Shown here in pieces: positions 58,145 to 64,000 of a DNA stretch of 64,000 nucleotides (positions are counted from its first letter, which is position 1; every line of letters begins with the position of its first letter). The translations under genes and the position numbers were made by a program. The DNA comes from Candidatus Bilamarchaeaceae archaeon (GTDB lineage: Archaea > Micrarchaeota > Micrarchaeia > Anstonellales > Bilamarchaeaceae): contig JAWCKZ010000001.1 in the NCBI GenBank assembly GCA_038851325.1, forward strand, positions 119,864-183,863. The letters are read 5' to 3'. Below the pieces are notes generated by a model. That model made no database searches, was not told the origin of the DNA, and saw only the letters and a program-made list of their open reading frames with translations.

Positions 58145-58175
58145 TGTTATGTATTTTCCACTTTTATTTTAATAT

Positions 58176-59399
58176 TTATCCTCTCAGTGCTTCTACAGGG
58201 TCGAGCCGCGCTGCTTGTCTTGCAGGGATTAAACCTGCAATAATGCTTATCAGAGCTGAGAAAACAAACGCAAGCGCGATTACCCTAAGCCGCAACCAGA
58301 AAGGAACTGCAAAATAGCCCGCGATCTCCAATATCCCCATCGCAAGAAGCAAACCGATTATCCCACCGAGTAAGCCTATTATCGCGCTCTCAATAAGGAA
58401 TATCAATACCACATCTCGCTCTGTCGCACCCACTGCCTTCAGCACGCCTATCTCGCGCGTACGCTCGAGCACTGCCATGAACATTGTGTTTGCAACTCCT
58501 ATCCCACCCACAACAGATGCTATAAGTGTTATTGCAAGAAGAGAGATTGTCAACATTCCGAGGATTGTGTTGACCATCTCTTTTATGTAATCCGCGGTTA
58601 TGACACTGAAATCCTTGTCGTCAGGTGTAACCTTATGATACGCAATCAATTTTGTCTCTATAGCATCCTTAACTTCTTTAACATCCGCACCTTCCTCTAG
58701 CTCTACTGAAAGCATGAATATCTCGTTCTTCGCAAGTTGGCTGCCAAAAAGCTTAGGGCCATCATCGTATGGCACGAATATAACGTTATCATCCTGCTCT
58801 GAAAGCGCAGTTCCTATTTTCTCCAAAACGCCAACCACACGATAATCCATTCCGTTTATTTTTATAACATTGCCCGCGCCCACTTCTCGTTTTCCGAACA
58901 TTTTTTTTGCAGCATCATTGCCAAGCACAACCACGTTGTGTTCCCAATTGTCAAACATCCGACCCTCACTAAGTTTAAAATAATCAGCATACTGGTTGTA
59001 GTATTCTCTGTCTATTGCATACACCGGCGCTATCACACTTGCTTCTCTGAATTCAAGATAAGTGCGCCCATAATTAGCTCGCCCTACGGTCTTCACGCCA
59101 GGTATGCCTGCAACTGCTTGCGCATCTCGCTCGTAAAGCTTTCCAGTTGCACCAGTTGCAGCTCCCATAAAGCCGCGCATTTCCTCTGCGCTTTCAAGGT
59201 TTATTGGTATAACTACCAACATGTTCGGTTTGAATACCTCAAGTTGTGCAGTAATCTCTTGCTGAACCCCTTCGCTGATCGATGCCACGACAACGATGGC
59301 AACAACGCCTATAACAACACCTATTACAGTCAGCATTGAGCGAAGAGAGGATACGCGAAGGCTTCTTACGGAATAAAAAAATGCATCGATCACGTTCAT
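58176..59399 (-). CDS. ABC transporter permease (MacB/FtsX family)
   Basis: RS.LT..GV.IGV, V.ERTREIG..KA.GA and PA..AA.LDP.EALR motifs. Confidence 0.93.
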   Translation of the reverse strand: MNVIDAFFYSVRSLRVSSLRSMLTVIGVVIGVVAIVVVASISEGVQQEITAQLEVFKPNMLVVIPINLESAEEMRGFMGAATGATGKLYERDAQAVAGIPGVKTVGRANYGRTYLEFREASVIAPVYAIDREYYNQYADYFKLSEGRMFDNWEHNVVVLGNDAAKKMFGKREVGAGNVIKINGMDYRVVGVLEKIGTALSEQDDNVIFVPYDDGPKLFGSQLAKNEIFMLSVELEEGADVKEVKDAIETKLIAYHKVTPDDKDFSVITADYIKEMVNTILGMLTISLLAITLIASVVGGIGVANTMFMAVLERTREIGVLKAVGATERDVVLIFLIESAIIGLLGGIIGLLLAMGILEIAGYFAVPFWLRLRVIALAFVFSALISIIAGLIPARQAARLDPVEALRG

Positions 59400-60616
59400 T
59401 ATTCATACCTCAGCGCTTCGACTGGATCAAGGGCTGCCGCTTGGCGTGCTGGGAAAAAACCAGCAGCCATACCAATGCATGCTGAAAAGAGCAAAGCAGC
59501 AACTGCAACCCACGGAATAAAAACTGCTGAGATGCCAAAAGCAACAAACAGTTGTATCAGAAGGAAGGCTATGCAAAGGCCGATAAACCCACCAAAAGCA
59601 CCTATCAGCGCGCTCTCAACCAAAAAGAGTTTCTGAATCTCCCACTCTGTCGCTCCTACTGCCTTCAGAATACCTATCTCCCTTGTGCGCTCTAGAACAG
59701 CCATGAACATCGTGTTTGATATACCAACCCCACCAACAAGGAGAGAGATGCCTGCTATCGCACTCAGAAAAAGAGAGAGTGTAGATGTCATTGCATCTAA
59801 CCTTTCATTTATGAATTTCGGCGTGACTATACTGAAATCCTTTTCGTCCTCCGTAATGTGATGCGCTCCCAAAAGAGCGCTATTTATCTCCTCTGCTATC
59901 TCCTCAACATTCTCTCCTTCTTTCACTTTAAGTCGTATACCAGTTATCTCATCCTCTCCTAAAGCGTCAGAGAATATCTCCTGCGCTTCTTCAAATGGTA
60001 GTATGATCATGTCATCAAAATTCACAAAGGACGTACCTGCTTTTTTCAGCACGCCAACTACGGTGTACCGTCTTTCAGCTATGTACACTGTAGAGGAAAT
60101 GTCCATATCATTTTCAAAACGTTCTCTAGCGATATTATTACCTATCACAACGGCCCTTCTATCAGATGATGTGAGAAAGCGCCCTTTTTCTATCTCAATA
60201 CTGCTTACAATGTGGCTAAAGGCGTCAGGCTCTGCTCCGATAACACTGACTGAATTTTCTTCATCTTTGTACCGAACTGTTGTTCTGCTTAATATAACTG
60301 GTGTTATGTAATCTATACCACCAATTCGCTTTACTCGCTCGTAGTCTGTCATAAACATCCGACCTTTCGTTGGCATGAACGCCATAGATGCCATCCCTAC
60401 CGCTCCGCGGGTCGTGCTTATGGGAGTTATTATTATGGTGTCTGAACCGAATGCGCTGAGCTCTGCTATTATGTCGTTCTTAAGTCCTTGCACAAGACCA
60501 ACGAGGACGACTATTGCGGATATTCCAATAACTATACCGAGAACAGTAAGCCAGGAACGGAGCTTGCTATAACGAAGTGCATTCACGGAGTAAAAAACCA
60601 TATCAGGGATATTCAT
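59399..60616 (-). CDS. ABC transporter permease (MacB/FtsX family)
   Basis: Same motifs as the neighbouring paralog. Confidence 0.93.
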   Translation of the reverse strand: MNIPDMVFYSVNALRYSKLRSWLTVLGIVIGISAIVVLVGLVQGLKNDIIAELSAFGSDTIIITPISTTRGAVGMASMAFMPTKGRMFMTDYERVKRIGGIDYITPVILSRTTVRYKDEENSVSVIGAEPDAFSHIVSSIEIEKGRFLTSSDRRAVVIGNNIARERFENDMDISSTVYIAERRYTVVGVLKKAGTSFVNFDDMIILPFEEAQEIFSDALGEDEITGIRLKVKEGENVEEIAEEINSALLGAHHITEDEKDFSIVTPKFINERLDAMTSTLSLFLSAIAGISLLVGGVGISNTMFMAVLERTREIGILKAVGATEWEIQKLFLVESALIGAFGGFIGLCIAFLLIQLFVAFGISAVFIPWVAVAALLFSACIGMAAGFFPARQAAALDPVEALRYE

Positions 60617-60625
60617 GGCGCAGCC

Positions 60626-62107
60626 TCAAACCTTTGTTCTTGGCTTTTTCCTAAGGAACACAAACCAGATAGCAATCACGAGAAGTGCAATAAGCACTAT
60701 ATAGATAAAGAGCGTGCTACCATTTCCAGTTTGCGGAGGGTAGATCAAGATAGGCTGAACTGTTGTTTTTGTTACCCACTCTCCGGACTGATCACGATAG
60801 CGCACCTTCACGGTTGCGGTGTGCTCGCCTGGCGCAACTTCGCTTGGTATGCTAACTTTGAACTGAACTGTGCTAAAGTCGTCCTTCGCAAGACTTCCTA
60901 TGTATTGTCTGTTTGTTACATCTAGGTTCCGTAGAGCATCAGAATACAATTCAACGTCAACATTATCTATCGAGTAAGAGCCGAGGTTTGAAACAAGCAC
61001 CGAAAGCGTATGCTCCTGGCCAACTGTGAGCGGTGCTGGTTTTGTCTCCATATATACTCCAACATCAGCGTCAGAAGATATTGTAATAGGTATAGAAGTA
61101 TATTCTTCCTTTACAACATCTCGCTCTGTCCATGATAGTTTTGCAGCTACAGAGTTCAGCCCAGGCGGAAGGTCTGCAAAAACAACAGCATATGCAGACG
61201 CATCTCCCTCAGCAGGAATATCCCCAAAATTCATCTCATTCTTGTCTCTCAATTTAAAAGAAGAGTTCAGGAATTCTAGTTTAACATCATTGAGTTGTTC
61301 TTTGCCATTGTTCCTTATTATAAGCCGAAATTCCCCTTCTTTCCTTGTTACTACTCTTCCTTCCTGCACGAATCTAATATCTAGGACCTCTTTCTTGACC
61401 GTTGCTCTGAGTGTAACGATCTCACTTCTCTGATTTCCGAGTTCATCGTAATAAGTCAAAGTGATTGGAATATCTGTAGGACCGCCGGCAGCATTTCTCG
61501 AATCCAAAATAGTAGTAAACTCTGCTGAGTGTAGTATGTCACCAACATAGACCTGACTAGCACCATAGAGCGCTATCGCGTCGCTGCCTCTCACTGCAGC
61601 AATGACGTCTCTTGCCGGGCCTCCGTTATTTAAAATCACAAACCTAACTTCATCTAACCCGGTAAGGACCTTTGGCTCGGCTGAAACAGAAAAGAGCGGA
61701 TAGTTAACAACCTCAACTGGAACTGAAACTGTTCGAGCATAATATGCCTGCGATTCGGTTGTCTTCAATTTTGTATACCCGCTTACACGCACGGTTATTG
61801 AGTAAATTCCATTTGCCGAATAGTTTTTTATTCGGAATGGTATGGTAAGTACCGTGGAACCGCTTGGCTCTATATCACCAACATACATAGAAGAGCTTAT
61901 TATAAATTCCGGCGGGGCAGTAATGGATGCTACTACTCCAGTCATATCCTCCCCAGCGCCTATACTTGGGTTTGTTATGGTTAAGGTGATGTATCCTTGA
62001 CCACCAGGTCTGAAGCTTTCCTGAGACACTCTATAATTTGTTATCGAGATTGTGGCAAGTGCAGCGCTACTAAGCAGCAACAGCACAAAAAAAACAATAT
62101 TTCTCAT
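60626..62107 (-). CDS. COG1361 S-layer-domain protein
   Basis: Signal peptide, repeated Ig-like units (N.G...YVGDI), C-terminal TM plus basic tail; typical ABC context. Confidence 0.8.
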   Translation of the reverse strand: MRNIVFFVLLLLSSAALATISITNYRVSQESFRPGGQGYITLTITNPSIGAGEDMTGVVASITAPPEFIISSSMYVGDIEPSGSTVLTIPFRIKNYSANGIYSITVRVSGYTKLKTTESQAYYARTVSVPVEVVNYPLFSVSAEPKVLTGLDEVRFVILNNGGPARDVIAAVRGSDAIALYGASQVYVGDILHSAEFTTILDSRNAAGGPTDIPITLTYYDELGNQRSEIVTLRATVKKEVLDIRFVQEGRVVTRKEGEFRLIIRNNGKEQLNDVKLEFLNSSFKLRDKNEMNFGDIPAEGDASAYAVVFADLPPGLNSVAAKLSWTERDVVKEEYTSIPITISSDADVGVYMETKPAPLTVGQEHTLSVLVSNLGSYSIDNVDVELYSDALRNLDVTNRQYIGSLAKDDFSTVQFKVSIPSEVAPGEHTATVKVRYRDQSGEWVTKTTVQPILIYPPQTGNGSTLFIYIVLIALLVIAIWFVFLRKKPRTKV

Positions 62108-62127
62108 CAAAATCACCTTCCTTCGTT

Positions 62128-62820
62128 TTATTTATTATCGACAATAACACCGTCCCGTATCCTTATTACTTTATGGGCTATTTTCGTTATTCCCTCATCG
62201 TGTGTAATAATAACCATCGTCTTCCCAGCCTTGTGAAGAGCTGCGAATGTTGCAAGGACTTCCCTTCCAGTCTTTGAATCGAGATTTCCTGTTGGCTCAT
62301 CAGCAAGGAGAACTGCTGGATTGTTAATCAGCGCGCGTGCGATAGCGACTCGCTGTCTTTGACCGCCGCTTAACTGCGATGGGTAGTGATCAAGCCTGTC
62401 TCCCATTTGCAACTCCTTCAGGATTGCAATTGCTCTCTCTTTCCGCTCACTCGCAGGTGCCCCTTGGATTATGAGTGGTAAAGCAACATTCTCCCACGCT
62501 GTGAGCGAAGGAACAAGGTTGTATGCCTGAAAAACAAAACCAATCTTCTGACCGCGAATAATCGCCTGTTGCTCTGGCGATAGCTCGGTTGTCTCTCGTC
62601 CATCTATGTAAACCTTTCCGCTCGTTGGTCTATCAAGAAGTCCCATTATATGAAGAAGTGTGCTCTTTCCAGAGCCGCTCGGACCGAGTATGCATGTAAA
62701 ATCGCCCTCGTAAACACTCAAATTTATGCCTGAAAGAGCGGTGACCGTTATCCCCTCCCCCATTTCGTAAACCTTGCTAACGTTCTCAAGCCTCAGAACT
62801 TCTTTTCTCGCTGCTCTCAT
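62128..62820 (-). CDS. ABC transporter ATP-binding protein (LolD/MacB type)
   Basis: GPSGSGKST, LSGGQRQR and ADEPTGNLD motifs. Confidence 0.96.
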   Translation of the reverse strand: MRAARKEVLRLENVSKVYEMGEGITVTALSGINLSVYEGDFTCILGPSGSGKSTLLHIMGLLDRPTSGKVYIDGRETTELSPEQQAIIRGQKIGFVFQAYNLVPSLTAWENVALPLIIQGAPASERKERAIAILKELQMGDRLDHYPSQLSGGQRQRVAIARALINNPAVLLADEPTGNLDSKTGREVLATFAALHKAGKTMVIITHDEGITKIAHKVIRIRDGVIVDNK

Positions 62821-63170
62821 CTGAGCATCTCCTCCAAAAACTGCCGTGTCAAGCCGGTGAGAAACACATCCTTGAACTGCTTTATCTCACGCATCCCCTT
62901 TTCGGTTGTCTTATAAAACTTTTTGATCCTTCTGCCGGCCTTTACTGTCTTCTGCCTTATTAATCCTGCCTTGAGAAGCGAAGAGAGCGCTGGATAGACA
63001 ACTGCTGCAGAAACAACCCCGCGGGCCTCCTTTTCCTTTGAGAGCGTCTTTATCACATCGTAGCCAGTCATTTCCTTCTTTGAAAGTAGCCATAGCAGGA
63101 ACACGAAAAAATTTTTCTTCAGCATGCGTGTTACTTTCGTTCCGATTTTTGCCTGGCCTATCACTTTCAT
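62817..63170 (-). CDS. PadR-family transcriptional regulator
   Basis: GYD, VYPAL..L..GLI and K.Y..T.KG motifs. Confidence 0.88.
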   Translation of the reverse strand: MKVIGQAKIGTKVTRMLKKNFFVFLLWLLSKKEMTGYDVIKTLSKEKEARGVVSAAVVYPALSSLLKAGLIRQKTVKAGRRIKKFYKTTEKGMREIKQFKDVFLTGLTRQFLEEMLR

Positions 63171-63196
63171 GATATATCATAAAATAGATATATTTT
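63169..63196. promoter_or_regulatory. candidate PadR operator (two palindromes)
   Basis: ATGATATATCAT (63169-63180) and AAAATA-GATA-TATTTT (63181-63196), both with a GATATAT core. Confidence 0.5.
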
Positions 63197-63209
63197 AAAA
63201 CATGCTTAT

Positions 63210-63306
63210 CGAGCCTGTTGCAGATTATCTAGTGAAATACAGAATAAGAATACGCGAACCACACGAAGTAGCGTTCATGAGTGAACATAGTAATTGCAAC
63301 GCCTCG
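63210..63306 (+). mobile_element. MITE-like element, dispersed repeat copy 3
   Basis: Left end CGAGCCTGTTGCAGATTATCTA; right end reverse-complemented CGAGGCGTTGCAATTACTA; no coding capacity. Confidence 0.5.
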
Positions 63307-63353
63307 CACAATCTAAACAAAACTTTTTAATCCTTTTTAACACTATTTATAAC

Positions 63354-64000
63354 ATGGATAAGAAAACATTGCGGGACAGGCTTACAGACTGGAACAGAAG
63401 CCCTGTTTTGAGAGGTATTGATAGATTACGAGTAAAATGGTACGTTCATCAATTGAAGGATAAGGAGGGGAAGGTGCGAGAGAGGGCTGCTAAGGCGCTT
63501 GGGAAGATTGGAGTGAATGAAGAACAGTTGAAAGAGATTACTCGAATGTTTGAGGAAGGGAAAACATGGGAAGAGAGAAATGGGGCTGCTATAGCACTTG
63601 GGAAGATTGGAGATGCAAGGGCTGTTCCTGCATTGATAGATGCTTTGAAGGATAAGAATGAGGATGTGCGATATGGGGCTGCTTGGGCGCTTGGGGAGAT
63701 TGCTGAAAAAGGAGGAGATTGTTCTGCTGCTGTTCCTGCATTGATAGATGCTTTGAAGGACGAGAAGAGGGATGTGCGAGAGGGGGCTGCTGAGGCGCTT
63801 GGGAAGATTGGTTTTGATAAGATTCCTATAGAGAGTAAGGTACTTGCTCTTCTGATTCTTAAAAAAACAGATGAAGTTGTCGCTGTCGGGAAGCCTGGTG
63901 TTCCTGCATTGATAGATGCTTTGAAGGATAAGGGTTGGAATGTGCGGGAGGGGGCTGCTTGGGCGCTTGGGGAGATTGCTGAAAAAGGAGGAGATTGTTC
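63354..64000 (+). CDS. HEAT/PBS-lyase repeat protein (3' truncated by window; not in ORF track)
   Basis: Open frame MDKKTLRDRL... with repeated VPALIDALKD....VR..AA.ALG.I. Confidence 0.9.
   Translation, partial: MDKKTLRDRLTDWNRSPVLRGIDRLRVKWYVHQLKDKEGKVRERAAKALGKIGVNEEQLKEITRMFEEGKTWEERNGAAIALGKIGDARAVPALIDALKDKNEDVRYGAAWALGEIAEKGGDCSAAVPALIDALKDEKRDVREGAAEALGKIGFDKIPIESKVLALLILKKTDEVVAVGKPGVPALIDALKDKGWNVREGAAWALGEIAEKGGDC

Noticed and set aside
57912..58172. ORFs 57912-58172 and 57956-58138
   Set aside because: They overlap tRNA-Trp
58176..60616. Nucleotide similarity between the two permease genes as a mobile repeat
   Set aside because: Explained by ordinary paralogy of tandem MacB-type permeases
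63354..64000. Diversity-generating retroelement call
   Set aside because: No reverse transcriptase or non-coding template repeat in the window, and some differences (GAT/GAC, GGA/GCT) are not simply adenine-specific; kept only as a hypothesis

Overview
Gene-dense archaeal chromosomal window, most consistent with a DPANN archaeon, probably Micrarchaeota. This is inferred from archaeal housekeeping genes, TATA/GGTGA signals, AMP phosphorylase plus R15P isomerase, a VirB2-like pilin and BHB tRNA introns. It holds about 65 CDS: purH/purQ, proS, cysS, lig, cca, thyX-like, a riboflavin operon, secFD, lhr, gap, rpiA, dcd, an ABC/S-layer operon and an AT-rich surface-glycosylation cluster. The most unusual signal is non-coding. 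All five tRNA genes (Val, Leu, Tyr, Lys, Trp) are interrupted, with 11 introns in total, 6 at non-canonical positions with BHB motifs. tRNA-Val(GAC) has a ~292-nt intron built from a 74-bp tandem repeat. That repeat unit is homologous, with compensatory base changes, to the D-loop and T-loop introns of tRNA-Lys(CTT) 37 kb away, which suggests a structured, modular, mobile tRNA-intron element family. Also noted: a 31-35 bp dispersed repeat/MITE-like element in three divergent promoter regions, a HEAT-repeat gene with DNA-identical frameworks and variable surface codons, a membrane-anchored double-AAA ATPase, a RibC-RibH fusion, a HEAT-SSB fusion, a structured leader upstream of the pilin and several decayed genes. 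All product calls come from motif recognition by eye; no searches were run.
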